From positions 1-64,000 of the forward strand of contig CBFGTS010000002.1 in the NCBI GenBank assembly GCA_965652295.1: DNA of 64,000 nt. Reading direction: 5' to 3'. Under the pieces are notes generated by a model. That model was not told the origin of the DNA, did no database searches, and saw nothing but the letters and a program-made list of their open reading frames with translations. The position numbers and the translations under genes are program-made. This document shows positions 1-9,642 of the stretch, in pieces. Origin of the DNA: an uncultured Haloferula sp. GTDB lineage: Bacteria; Verrucomicrobiota; Verrucomicrobiia; Verrucomicrobiales; Akkermansiaceae. How positions within the stretch are numbered: the first letter of the stretch is position 1; every line of letters starts with the position of its first letter.

Positions 1-1
1 T

Positions 2-86
2 TCCCGGCCCGAATCCTCTCATTTCCCGCTGTTTCAGAACAGGGGAAGCTTACAGATCATCACTATTGCGGACAACTCCGGCGGAG
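2..86 (+). pseudogene. 5' fragment of the GHKL ATPase gene interrupted by IS30
   Basis: Frame reads ...LQIITIADNSGG. Removing the IS and one GAG copy joins it in frame to VAEENL of ORF 1137..2507, restoring a GHKL G1-box-like motif (DNSGG). Confidence 0.8.
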
Positions 87-1134
87 CTTCACTTCAAGAG
101 TGAAGTGCAACGCTAAGTCTCGGTGAGAAACAGGTCATTCGGGGTGAGATATCCGTGGCGCTTTCGCGGCCTTTTGTTGAGCTTCGCGGCGATGGCGTCG
201 CATTGCCTCTGAGTCAGTCCGGTCAGGCTTGCTCCCTTGGGCAGATACTGCCGAATCAGCCCGTTGGTGTTCTCATTGGTGCCCCGCTCCCAGGAGTGAT
301 GCGGAGTGGCGAAGTAGAACGGCACGTCGGTGATCTCCTCGACGGTCAGGTAGTCGTGGAACTCGCTGCCGTTGTCCGCGGTGATCGTCTTGTAGCTGCC
401 GAGATGGCGAGCCATCAGCTTCAGGATGGAGCGGGTGGTCTCCGCCATCGTCACCGCGCGGATCTTGCCCATCTCCAAATAACCGCTCCGGCGTTCCACG
501 AGGGTCACCACCGAGTGCTTTCCTGCACCGTGCACCGTATCAATCTCCCAGTGCCCCGTGGTAATCCGGCGCTCCACCTCGGCAGGCCGCTCGCCGATCA
601 TGCGTTTCCCGGCCAGCCTCCCACGGCTGTCGTAGGCTCCATACCTCTTTCGACGTTGCTTGCGTGAACCTCTCAGATGCTTCCAGAGATCCCCACCAGC
701 CGCCTTGTCCCTCCAGACATGCTGGTAGATCGTCTCGTGGCTGATTCGTAGTCCGTCGGTTCTCCGCAGGTGGCCGCTCACCTGTTCCGGACTCCAGTCC
801 TGCCTCAGCAACGATTCCACCTCCTTCCACGCCCTCTCATCGAAGTTCCCGCCCTGGCGGGCGCGACGACGTCGGCCGCTGGTCATCCCGATGGCATGGT
901 GGGCTCGGTAGCGGCCGTCGGTCGGATAGCGATTCCGCCGGAGCTCGCGGCTGATCGTCGATGCCGATCTTCCGAGCTGACGGCCAATTTCTCGTACACC
1001 CTTCCGCTCGCACCTCAACGCTCCGATTCGGTAGCGCTCCTCATGGCTCAGCTGTTGGTATTTCATGCTTCCGCAGACGGTCCGAAATCTCCATCATGGC
1101 GACCAGGCCGTTGCGCTTACCTTCTGAATTCAAG
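87..1134 (-). mobile_element. IS30-family insertion sequence
   Basis: Imperfect terminal IRs CTTCACTTCAAGAGTGAAGTGCAAC (87-111) and revcomp of 1110-1134 CTTGAATTCAGAAGGTAAGCGCAAC (18/25 identical); flanking 3-bp duplication GAG (84-86, 1135-1137). Confidence 0.9.
113..1066 (-). CDS. IS30-family transposase
   Basis: N-terminal HTH (GRSASTISRELRRN), WSPEQ and ISHETIYQ motifs, DDE motifs GHWEIDT / TADNGSEF / WERGTNENTNGLIRQYLPKG. Confidence 0.95.
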   Translation of the reverse strand: MKYQQLSHEERYRIGALRCERKGVREIGRQLGRSASTISRELRRNRYPTDGRYRAHHAIGMTSGRRRRARQGGNFDERAWKEVESLLRQDWSPEQVSGHLRRTDGLRISHETIYQHVWRDKAAGGDLWKHLRGSRKQRRKRYGAYDSRGRLAGKRMIGERPAEVERRITTGHWEIDTVHGAGKHSVVTLVERRSGYLEMGKIRAVTMAETTRSILKLMARHLGSYKTITADNGSEFHDYLTVEEITDVPFYFATPHHSWERGTNENTNGLIRQYLPKGASLTGLTQRQCDAIAAKLNKRPRKRHGYLTPNDLFLTET

Positions 1135-1136
1135 GA

Positions 1137-2507
1137 GTGGCGGAGGAGAATCTACCCAACCTGATCGCGCCGGGCGCCAGCAGAAATGATCCAAGCGGCG
1201 AAACTATTGGGATCTTCGGGGTAGGGAGCAAAAGGGCCGTTGTCGCGCTTGCTGAGGATATTTGCATCAAGACTCGGCATGGAGATGGACCGGCATTCCA
1301 GATCGACATCAACAACGACTGGTTGGAATCTCCGGAATGGGAGATTCCCCATTACAGGATCCCTGCGATCAACCCGAGCACCACGTCGATTAGGCTTTCT
1401 GCTCTCCGGATGCGGATCAGCGATCTCGACGTTGACGAGCTAATGGCACACGTCGCTGAGGTCTATGCTTGGTTTCTCGCGATCGATGACTGCAATGTTT
1501 CGATCAACGATATTCTTGCCCAACCGCGTGAGTTCGATACTTGGGCATATCCTGACCAAAACCCTCCTCGCGAAGCTCGCTTCACCGAGAACGTCGATGG
1601 TGCGACCATTTCGATCGAAGTCTCCGGCGGGTTGATTACTGATCGAGATCCAGTCAGCGAGAACTACGGGGTCTACTTCTACTGCAACAATCGACTGGTC
1701 GTTAAGAACCTGAAGTGTCGAGAAGTTGGCTACTTTGTGACTTCTGAAGCCGGCGTTCCTCACCCAGACGCGTCGCTCTGCAGAGTAATCGTCCGTATCA
1801 ATGGGAGTACTAAATACATGCCGTGGCATAGCAGCAAGTCTGCAGTCCGCTTCGATCACCCGGTTTTCTCCGCCTTGCGACCGACTCTCATCAAACTGGT
1901 GTCGCACTACAGTTCTCTCTCCCGGCGACTAAAAGACGAATGGGACGCTAAGGTTTTTGCATGCGGAGAAGGGGAGGTCGAGCGTGCCGATTCGGAGGAG
2001 CCTGACAAGGGCTCTAGATTGATTCTCCCGCCATTGCCTAAAGTTAGGAAGCCTGCATCGGCGAAGCTCAAGATTGCCAATGCGGAAGTTCTCAGGGACG
2101 CCCCATGGACGTTGGGCCTGCTGGAGGCAGTCTCAGCGGTCGATTCAATTCAAAAGCTCAAGCTTGAGACCCGGAACCGCATCGCGCTGATCCTATTGGA
2201 CAGCAATTTCGAAATTGGTCTCAAGGAGTTCGTGATCCACCGGTCGGATCTTTTCACTCCCAAGGTCTACGACGATGCAAAAATCAAGGATCTGTTCTCC
2301 CGCCGCTATAAGATAGTCACGGAGGTTAAGAACAAAGTAAAGCTGCCGCAGAAGCTCGTTGAAAAGGCGAATCACTACTACGGCTTGAGAAACAAGCTGA
2401 TTCACGAGCGCGCTACTGTCGGCATTACTGACGCGGACGTAGCCATCTACCGGGATACGATCGAGCAGATCTTGAATCGGCTATTCGATCTCAATTTTCA
2501 TCCTTAG
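1137..2507 (+). pseudogene. 3' part of a GHKL (MORC-like) ATPase with C-terminal HEPN-like domain, IS-disrupted
   Basis: G2 box IGIFGVGSKRA; S5-like segment GVYFYCNNRLV; C-terminal helical region with RxxxxH (RNKLIH). Confidence 0.75.
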
Positions 2508-2511
2508 CGAG

Positions 2512-3174
2512 ATGCCCAACGACTCCTCCGCCATCGTCTCCAAAGTCTGGAACTACGCCCACGTCCTCAAGAACGCGGGGGTCGGTTACCGCCGACGAGT
2601 CGGGGGACCCGGCGATTACGTCGAGCAGATCACCTACCTGCTCTTCCTCAAGCTCGCCCCTCCTTCGCCAAGGCTTCGGCGGGCAGGCTCTGAGATGACC
2701 GAGCTGGGCTTCGATCCGTCTTCGTCCAAGGACTACGCCGGGACAGGCAACCCGATCCCGCAGGAATTCGGTTGGTCCGAGTTGAGAGGCAAGGGCGGCG
2801 ATGAGAGGAGTCCGCTGAAGAAGTCGGATTTGGGGGACTTTGTCGCCTGTTGCCAAGGTAGGGACGCGCGGCCCGCGGGTCCGAAATCATTGCCGAAGGC
2901 GACCAAGTCGGCGGACCGGGCCGGTCCGCCCTACCATGGGAAAAGGAAGGAAACAGAGCGCTTCAAGAAGTTCACCTACGATGAGATCATTGCGCGGGAC
3001 AAAGCCAACCTCGACATCTTCTGGCTGAAGGACGAGTCCCTCGAAGACAGTGAGAACCTCCCGCCTCCGGCCGAGCTGGCCGCCGAGATCGTGGTGAGCC
3101 TGGAAGCCGCGCTGGAAGAGTTCCGGGCGGTGGAGGAGGCGCTGATGCCCGCCTCCGGCGGGAGTGGCGAGTGA
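2512..3174 (+). pseudogene. hsdM: Internally deleted type I R-M methyltransferase subunit (HsdM N- and C-termini only)
   Basis: IVSKVWNYAHVLKNAGVGY..GDYVEQITYLLFLKL at the start and IARDKANLDIFWLKDESLEDSENLPPP at the end; no DPACG or NPPF motif; in-frame palindromic inserts. Confidence 0.85.
2857..2935. repeat. REPIN-like inverted REP doublet (GTAG type) inside the hsdM remnant
   Basis: GGTAGGG plus hairpin at 2857-2883 and an inverted CGGACCGG-G-CCGGTCCG-CCCTACC at 2912-2935. Confidence 0.7.
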
Positions 3175-3338
3175 GCAGTGAAAAGTAGAAAGTGAAAGAC
3201 TCCAACCATGGCAGTTCCTACCTTTGACCCACTCCTGCGGCGGGTCTCCCCAAGCCTTTTGACCGCATGGATCTCGGGTGGGTTCCACTCCATGCCGTCC
3301 CGGCGAAGAGGAAGAAGGAGCCAGGATGGCTCCGGGAC

Positions 3339-3473
3339 GGCCTGCGGCTGGAAGCCGCAGGCCACGTACGAGGGGTGAAAACTTGGCGTTCTTAGCGACT
3401 TGGCGGTTCCATCCTTTTTGAAGAGGGAGCCGGCCCGGCTCCTCCACGGCCTGCGGCGGGCCGCCGCAGCCAC
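3339..3473 (-). repeat. Cluster of three GTGG-type REP hairpins
   Basis: Minus strand: GTGGCCTGCGGCTTCCAGCCGCAG (within 3339-3365), GTGGAGGAGCCGGGCCGGCTCC (~3425-3447), GTGGCTGCGGCGGCCCGCCGCAG (3451-3473). Confidence 0.65.
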
Positions 3474-3550
3474 GCTTTCAGGCAAACAGGACTCCGCGGT
3501 TGCGGATTCGCGGCGGATCGGCTGAATTCTCCTTCGAACACGACCACGAT

Positions 3551-4258
3551 ATGGGAAGAGCATTTGAATGTCGCCGCCGGGCGAAGGAAGCGCGCTGGGA
3601 CAAGATGTCGAAGGTGTTTCCGAAGCTGTCGAAATCGATCACCCTGGCCGCGAAGAACGGCGGACCGGATCCCGATCTGAATCCGGCGCTGCGGCTGGCG
3701 ATTGCGACGGCGAAATCCGAGAACCTGCCGAAGGAAAAGATCGATGCCGCCATCAAGCGGGCCTCGGGTGCCGACGCGGCGAACATCGTCGAGATCAGCT
3801 ACGAGGGGAAAGGTCCGCACGGCTCGCTGTTTTACATCGAGTGTGCGACCGACAACACCAACCGCTCGGTCGGGAACCTGAAGACGATTTTCAACAAGAA
3901 CGGCGGGCAGATGGTGAACAGCGGCCAGCTCGATTTCATGTTCACGCGGAAGGCCGTGGTGGAGTTCGAGGCCGAAGGAGTCAATCTGGAGGAAATCGAG
4001 CTCGAGCTGATCGACCACGGTCTCGAAGAGTTGGAGGTCGAGGACGGCGTGGCGCGGGCGATCGCCGATTACAGCGAGTTCGCCAATCTCACGGCCGGGA
4101 TCGAGAAGCTGGGCATCGCCCCGAAAAAGGCGGGCCTGGAGCGCATCCCGACCCAGCCGGTGGAACTGACCGACGAGCAGATGGAGGAGGTCGAGGCGCT
4201 GCTGGAGAAGATCGAGGATGACGACGACGTGCAGGTCGTCTTCACGAACATCGGATAA
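3551..4258 (+). CDS. yebC: YebC/PmpR family protein
   Basis: MGRAFE..., GGPDPDLNPALRLAI, YEGKGPHG, ECATDNTNRS, EDDDDVQVVFTN; start placed at ATG 3551. Confidence 0.95.
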   Translation: MGRAFECRRRAKEARWDKMSKVFPKLSKSITLAAKNGGPDPDLNPALRLAIATAKSENLPKEKIDAAIKRASGADAANIVEISYEGKGPHGSLFYIECATDNTNRSVGNLKTIFNKNGGQMVNSGQLDFMFTRKAVVEFEAEGVNLEEIELELIDHGLEELEVEDGVARAIADYSEFANLTAGIEKLGIAPKKAGLERIPTQPVELTDEQMEEVEALLEKIEDDDDVQVVFTNIG

Positions 4259-4277
4259 GAGCGTCGGTTGCCTACCA

Positions 4278-4368
4278 GTGGCATGATCGTCCCGATCATG
4301 AACGCAGACGCCCGGAGCCACCCTCCGAGCGCAGTGAGATTGGCATGGCGGATGGAATCCGCCGCCAC
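4278..4368. repeat. REPIN-like doublet between convergent genes
   Basis: GTGGCATGATCGTCCCGATCATGA (4278-4301) and inverted GGCGGATGGAATCCGCCGCCAC (4347-4368). Confidence 0.75.
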
Positions 4369-4370
4369 GA

Positions 4371-7300
4371 TCACTCGATGACGACGCGGAGGCGGGCGAA
4401 GCCTTGGGCGGCGTCGGCGATCGGGATCTCGTAGTACCAGGTGATGATCTCGAACTCCCCGTCGTCGGTCGGTGGTCCGGCTTGGATCATGCTATCGGAC
4501 GATCCGACGTTACCGAGATCGTCGAGATGGGCCGCGCCTTCGGGGACCAGGGAAATGCCGCTGCGATCCTTGCGAACCCGTGCCCGGAGGGTCAGGTAGG
4601 TGTTTTCCTCGGGCAAACCGAGCTCCGCACCTCCGCTGCGGGCGAGGCTGAGAGCATCGTTGCCATCCGAAGCGGCCGGATCGAGACCGAAAAGCCACTC
4701 GAAGGCGTTGACGTAGAGATCGGCGTCAGGGTTCGCTTCCGGGCCTTCGGTGCCGGGCTCGAACTCGAAAGCGCCGGCCCAGGCGGCGTAGTCGTTCGCT
4801 GGAACCGGAATGGCGGCGGGCGGCACGGCGAGGGCGTGCACTTCCGCGGCATCGAGCGCGCGGTCGAAGATCCGGAAGTCGTCGATGGCACCATTGAAGT
4901 AGGGGTCGGGGAACTGGCTTTTTCCGAGGTAGTTGAGACCCGGTGCGACCTGCGAGGGGTTGAGCGGGATGGTTCCGCTGGCGACGGCGGCACCGTTCAC
5001 GAACAGCGTGCCGGTATCTCCTGAGAGCGTGATGGCGACGTGGGTCCACTCGCCGACGGGCGGAGGAGAGGTTTCCAGAAACTGCTGGCCTGCGGTGCCG
5101 CCGAGCGAAATGGAGAACCGCAGCGTACCGCTGCCCGACGAGGGAGTGAGGAAGAAGTATTGGCTGGTGTTGTTGCCGAAATCGAAGATCCGCTGCCAGG
5201 CCGAGCCGCCGTCCCAGCGGAAGCGGGTGGCGACCGTGATATCGTTCACGCTGTTGACGATGCCGTTGGGGAGGGTGACGAAATCATCGCCGCCGTCGAG
5301 GTCGATGGCTTCATCGAAAAGCCCGGCGGTGTAGGCCGGGGTGCCGGAGGTCACGCCGTCCGCGCTTCCGACCGCGTCGGTGGTGTTGCCATCGAACTGA
5401 TGGTGGGCCAGCAGTCCCGCGGGCGCTGGAACCGTGAGAGACATCGGCGAATCCGTGGCATAGCCGCCTGCGGCCGTGGTCCGAACGATGAAGCGGTTCG
5501 TGCCGGTGTCGGAGGGTCCGGGAACGCCGGAGATGCGGCCGTTGGCATCGATGGCGAGCCAACGCGGCCCGGATGCCTTGGAGAAAACCGCGCCGTCTCC
5601 GGGCGGATCGAGGTTTTCCGCATAGGGATCTCCTAGGGGTGCCGTAGGTGGGGTGAAGGAGGTCGGGGTTCCGGCGTCGGGCGTGGCGGTGAAGAGAGCC
5701 GAAATCCCGGCGGGATCGAGCGCGTGGTTGAAGATGACGAACTCGTCGAGTCGGCCGTCGAAGAGAGGGTCGGGGTATTGGCTTTTCCCGAGGAAATTGG
5801 TGGCGGGAAGGAGATCACGCGGCGTGATGGTGACCGGCTGGGTGTCGACGAGTTGCTGGTTGAGGTAGAGCCGGCCGGTACCTCCGCCGAGGGTGATGGC
5901 GACATGGTTCCAGGTGTTGGCAGTCAGCTGCGGGGCGTTGAGTTGCTGCTCCTCGCCGTCGTCCTTGATGGAGAACCGCAAGGTGTTGCCGCCCGAGCGG
6001 GGGGTGAGGAACATGGCTTCGGTGGTGCCGTTGCCGAAGTCGAAGATCCGCTGCCAGGCGCTCCCGCCGTCCCACCAGACCCAGGTGGCGATGGTGATTT
6101 CCTCGTGATTCGCCACGCCGAAGGGCAACTGGACGTAGTCGTCGAGGCCGTCCAATTCGATGGCGTTGGAATAGCGTCCTTGGGAGAAGAGCGGGCTTCC
6201 AGTGGCGACACCGTGGGCGGCTCCGACCGAGGCCTGGAGGCTGGCATTGAAGGGGAAGCGGGTGACCATTCCGGGGGCTTCCGCGCTGGGAATTTCCAGC
6301 GTGGTGCGGTCGACGCGCCCGAGGCTGTCAGCGGTTTCGACGAGAAAGGATTGCGGACCGGTCTGGCCGGATTCGGGGACGCCGGTGAGGCTGCCGTCGG
6401 TCGCTACCGCCAGCCAGGCGGGACCGGCGATTTTGGTGAACACGGGAGCGCCGCTGCCGCCCGAGACGGAGGCGGCAAGCGAGCCGGTGAACGGTTGGGA
6501 GGGGAGGGCGCTGCCGGGAGTGAGCGGATCCGAAACAAAGGTCGGCGCACTGCTGCCGTTGGCCAGGGCGGTCACCTGAGCGTCGGAGATCGCCGAGTTG
6601 AAGATCCGGACGTCATCCAGCAAGCCGTTGTAGAGAGGGTCCGGCCATTGGCTCTTTCCGAGGTAGTTGGCTTCCGTGCCGATTTCGGACGGATTGATCG
6701 TCATGCCCGTGTTGGTGTTGGCCAGCGTGCCGTTGACGAAAAGCTTGCCGGTGTTTCCCTGGATGGTGACGGCGACGTGGGTCCAGACATCCGGGGCGAG
6801 GGCCGCGGCATTCAGCTGCTGTTCGCTGCCGCCGGCCTTGATGGCGAAGCGCAGGGTGCCATCGCCGGACCGCGGAGTGAGAAACATGTTGCGGGCCGTG
6901 CCGTTGCCGAAATCGAAAATCCTCTGCCAGTTGCCGCCGCCGTTCCATTTCACCCAGGCTGCGAAGGAGAAGTCGGAGCTGTCGCCGAATCGGCCGGAGA
7001 GGCGCAGTTGGTCGTCGGTGCCATCCAGCGACACCGCGGTGCCCGTCTTTCCTGGGACAAAGCGAGGCGTGCCATAGGAAATGGCGGCATTGCCATGGAC
7101 CGAGGTGTCCCGGAAATCGCCCTCGAAGAGGAAGTCCGCATTCCCCGATCTGCCGGAGTTGGGGACCGACTGGAGGTAGCCGATGGGAGCCTTGTGATCG
7201 CGATACATCTGGCCCATGGGGGTGAGGCTGCCATCGTCGTAATGCGTGTCGCGGAACCATTCGACGTCGCTGTAGAGTGCGTAACGTTCGATCCACGGCG

Positions 7301-8537
7301 TGTCGTCCATCATGTTGACCATCGCCTGGATCACATTGCGGTTCTGGGTCGTGTTCGGATCGTGGGCGTTGTCGGTCCAGTTGGCACCGTTGTTGAACTC
7401 GGTCACCCAGATCGGTCTCTGGGCGACGTCGTGGATCGCCTTGAGGAAATTGTACATCTGGTTGGCCGCACCATTCGCGTCGTTGTTGTTCGCGTAGCTG
7501 CGGTAGTAATGGACCGGCACGTAATCAACGCGGACGTTGGCGGCGTTCGCCTTGTTGATGAACTCGGTGATCCACCAGGTGCCGCCGTCGGTGACCGCCG
7601 GTGCGCCCACCCGCAGGCCGGTGGCGAGCAGGTCGGGCCAGGAGGCGATCGCCTGATCCCGGGAGCCGTTGCCGAGGGTGGTGTAGGCGTCTTCCACCGG
7701 GTTGTCCGGCTCGTTGTATCCGAGGAGATGGCTGACGCCGCGGGTCGCCCAGTTCTGATTCAAGTCCGGCCAATACCGCTGCTGACGGATGCCGACATAC
7801 TCCCAGTCGAGCGTCGAATTCTGGCTGATCGACCAGTTGTAATGCCAATAGGCGTTCAGTGCGGTCGGCCCGACATCGCACGAGCCCTTTTTCCCGACCC
7901 ATCGCCATGGGAAAACCCGGACGAAACTGGTGTAACCGCTGAAGGAAGAGGGCAACACCGGGATCTCCAGATCGCCGTCCTGGGCGACGTAGTTGACGCT
8001 GTCGCCGGTGCCGTTTTCGAGGCGGGCGAAGGTCGCCGTATAGCCGCGCTTGAGGATGAACGAGCGGATGGAATCGTTGAAATGCCCCAATGCCGTTTCT
8101 CCGTACGCGGTGTAGGTGCCGAGCTTTTTGGAGGGTCCGCTGAAATGAGTGCCGGTGAAAACCTCAAGCGGCTGGAAGGAGGGGGAGTGGGGGATCACGA
8201 CGGCACCGTCCCCGTACTGGACGACGCGAACGTTTCCGCCCGCCACCGCCAGCGAGCCACTGACGCGGAAGCGGGACAGGATGTTGGAGGAAACGTAGGA
8301 CGGCCGGACGTTGGCAAAGAATACCCAGGCATCCTCCGACTGAAGATGGACGGTACAGCCGGCGAGGGGATCGCCGGAACCGGTCAGGTGGAGCTCAGCC
8401 CGCCCGGTCAGGGTGATCGTTTCCCCGCTGAGGGAGGAATGCGTGGCGGACTCGTTGTCGAGCGTGAGCGCCTGAAGCGGTCCTGAAGTCACAAAACAAG
8501 CGAACGCACTGAGCCGGAGGAATGGGGAGGCGGACAT
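4371..8537 (-). CDS. Secreted multidomain glycoside hydrolase: GH128-like catalytic domain plus three LamG jellyroll domains with Ig-like spacers
   Basis: Signal peptide; LLGYNEPD and PIWVTEFN catalytic-Glu motifs; three W(N/D)GG..WQRIFDFG repeats; GP.WL...G...G.P spacers; C-terminal YAAWA...FARLRV tail. Confidence 0.85.
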   Translation of the reverse strand: MSASPFLRLSAFACFVTSGPLQALTLDNESATHSSLSGETITLTGRAELHLTGSGDPLAGCTVHLQSEDAWVFFANVRPSYVSSNILSRFRVSGSLAVAGGNVRVVQYGDGAVVIPHSPSFQPLEVFTGTHFSGPSKKLGTYTAYGETALGHFNDSIRSFILKRGYTATFARLENGTGDSVNYVAQDGDLEIPVLPSSFSGYTSFVRVFPWRWVGKKGSCDVGPTALNAYWHYNWSISQNSTLDWEYVGIRQQRYWPDLNQNWATRGVSHLLGYNEPDNPVEDAYTTLGNGSRDQAIASWPDLLATGLRVGAPAVTDGGTWWITEFINKANAANVRVDYVPVHYYRSYANNNDANGAANQMYNFLKAIHDVAQRPIWVTEFNNGANWTDNAHDPNTTQNRNVIQAMVNMMDDTPWIERYALYSDVEWFRDTHYDDGSLTPMGQMYRDHKAPIGYLQSVPNSGRSGNADFLFEGDFRDTSVHGNAAISYGTPRFVPGKTGTAVSLDGTDDQLRLSGRFGDSSDFSFAAWVKWNGGGNWQRIFDFGNGTARNMFLTPRSGDGTLRFAIKAGGSEQQLNAAALAPDVWTHVAVTIQGNTGKLFVNGTLANTNTGMTINPSEIGTEANYLGKSQWPDPLYNGLLDDVRIFNSAISDAQVTALANGSSAPTFVSDPLTPGSALPSQPFTGSLAASVSGGSGAPVFTKIAGPAWLAVATDGSLTGVPESGQTGPQSFLVETADSLGRVDRTTLEIPSAEAPGMVTRFPFNASLQASVGAAHGVATGSPLFSQGRYSNAIELDGLDDYVQLPFGVANHEEITIATWVWWDGGSAWQRIFDFGNGTTEAMFLTPRSGGNTLRFSIKDDGEEQQLNAPQLTANTWNHVAITLGGGTGRLYLNQQLVDTQPVTITPRDLLPATNFLGKSQYPDPLFDGRLDEFVIFNHALDPAGISALFTATPDAGTPTSFTPPTAPLGDPYAENLDPPGDGAVFSKASGPRWLAIDANGRISGVPGPSDTGTNRFIVRTTAAGGYATDSPMSLTVPAPAGLLAHHQFDGNTTDAVGSADGVTSGTPAYTAGLFDEAIDLDGGDDFVTLPNGIVNSVNDITVATRFRWDGGSAWQRIFDFGNNTSQYFFLTPSSGSGTLRFSISLGGTAGQQFLETSPPPVGEWTHVAITLSGDTGTLFVNGAAVASGTIPLNPSQVAPGLNYLGKSQFPDPYFNGAIDDFRIFDRALDAAEVHALAVPPAAIPVPANDYAAWAGAFEFEPGTEGPEANPDADLYVNAFEWLFGLDPAASDGNDALSLARSGGAELGLPEENTYLTLRARVRKDRSGISLVPEGAAHLDDLGNVGSSDSMIQAGPPTDDGEFEIITWYYEIPIADAAQGFARLRVVIE

Positions 8538-8651
8538 GGGTTTTGTCAGCCACTCTCCGGAAAATGGGAGCGGCTAAAGGGGTTTTCTCAGGAAAATACC
8601 TTCGGGGGGCACCCGGGCAAGAATCATTTCCTAACCGCTCGGTGGGAAAAA

Positions 8652-8729
8652 TCACGGTTCGATCTCCAAGCCGTAGATGTCCATGACGCGTTCCAACAAC
8701 GCCTCATCGATATGCATGGTCATTTTCAC
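8652..8729 (-). pseudogene. Truncated VapB-like (RHH) antitoxin fragment
   Basis: GTG start, MKMTMHIDEALLERVMDIYG then an early stop; palindromic operator-like site directly upstream; no toxin gene follows. Confidence 0.55.
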
Positions 8730-8775
8730 GCCATACCCGATATGGGTGCCATACTGGGTATCGCAAGGCGACTCC

Positions 8776-9399
8776 TCAGAGGATCGCGAAGCACTCGCGG
8801 AAGCGGTGAGCGTAAGCTTCCGCGAATTCCGTGACGCTGATCGGCCGACCGGCCTCGTTTTCCACACAGGTCATCACCACGCCATCGAGGCCGCAGGGGG
8901 TGATCGCGAAGAACGGCAGCAGGCAATCACGGGTGACGTTGATCGCGAAGCCGTGCATCGAGATCCACTTGCTGACGCCGACACCGATCGAGGCAAGCTT
9001 GCGGTTCTCGACCCACACGCCGGTCATGCCGTCACGGCGTCCGGCCCCGATGCCGAAATCCTGGCAGGTGAGGATGAGTGAGTCTTCCAGGCTCCGGAGA
9101 TGCGCATGGAGATCCTTGCCGCGCTGGCGGAGGTCGAGGATCGGATAGCCGACGAGCTGGCCGGGCCCGTGATAGGTCGCCTGGCCGCCGCGGTTGATTT
9201 CGAACACGGGAGCCGGCAGGGCGGCGCGGTTCTGAAGCGAGGATTGGTCGCGGCGGCGACCGATCGTGTAAACGGGCTCGTGCTCTAGGAGGAACAGAGT
9301 CTCCGGGCCGGCACCCTCTAACAGAACGGTGGCGGCTTCTTCCTGGAGGGTGAGACCTTCGGCGTAGGGGACGGGGTGCGGGAGGTGGGAAACTCTCAT
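8776..9399 (-). CDS. lipB: Lipoyl(octanoyl) transferase LipB
   Basis: LLEHEPVYTIGRR, NRGGQATYHGPGQLVGYPI, RKLASIG, HGFAINV, ITPCGL. Confidence 0.95.
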   Translation of the reverse strand: MRVSHLPHPVPYAEGLTLQEEAATVLLEGAGPETLFLLEHEPVYTIGRRRDQSSLQNRAALPAPVFEINRGGQATYHGPGQLVGYPILDLRQRGKDLHAHLRSLEDSLILTCQDFGIGAGRRDGMTGVWVENRKLASIGVGVSKWISMHGFAINVTRDCLLPFFAITPCGLDGVVMTCVENEAGRPISVTEFAEAYAHRFRECFAIL

Positions 9400-9473
9400 G
9401 CTGCGGCTCCGTGGAGGTGGGAGGGATGCTCGATGTGGGGTCGGGATTCCATGAGGCGAGTCCGTCAATCTGT

Positions 9474-9589
9474 CAGTGGCATGACCGTCCCGGTCATGAA
9501 CCCGGAGAGCGCGGGTTGCCGGGAGAAATCGAGATTCTGATGGTTGCTCCTAGCTTTCCCCTCTCATGACCGGGACGGTCATGCCACTG
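9474..9589. repeat. REPIN: perfect inverted REP pair
   Basis: CAGTGGCATGACCGTCCCGGTCATGA (9474-9499) and its exact reverse complement (9564-9589). Confidence 0.9.
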
Positions 9590-9642
9590 GTGAATGTTAC
9601 TGCCGGAAAAGGTCACGAGGATGTTCGTGGGATCGGTGATGG

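Noticed and set aside
1..52. Possible end of a second IS upstream of the GHKL fragment
   Set aside because: The first ~17 codons do not look like GHKL sequence, but the window edge prevents finding an IR partner.
5724..8486. 920-aa plus-strand ORF
   Set aside because: Antisense shadow of the GH128/LamG gene, expected at high GC; no recognisable motifs.
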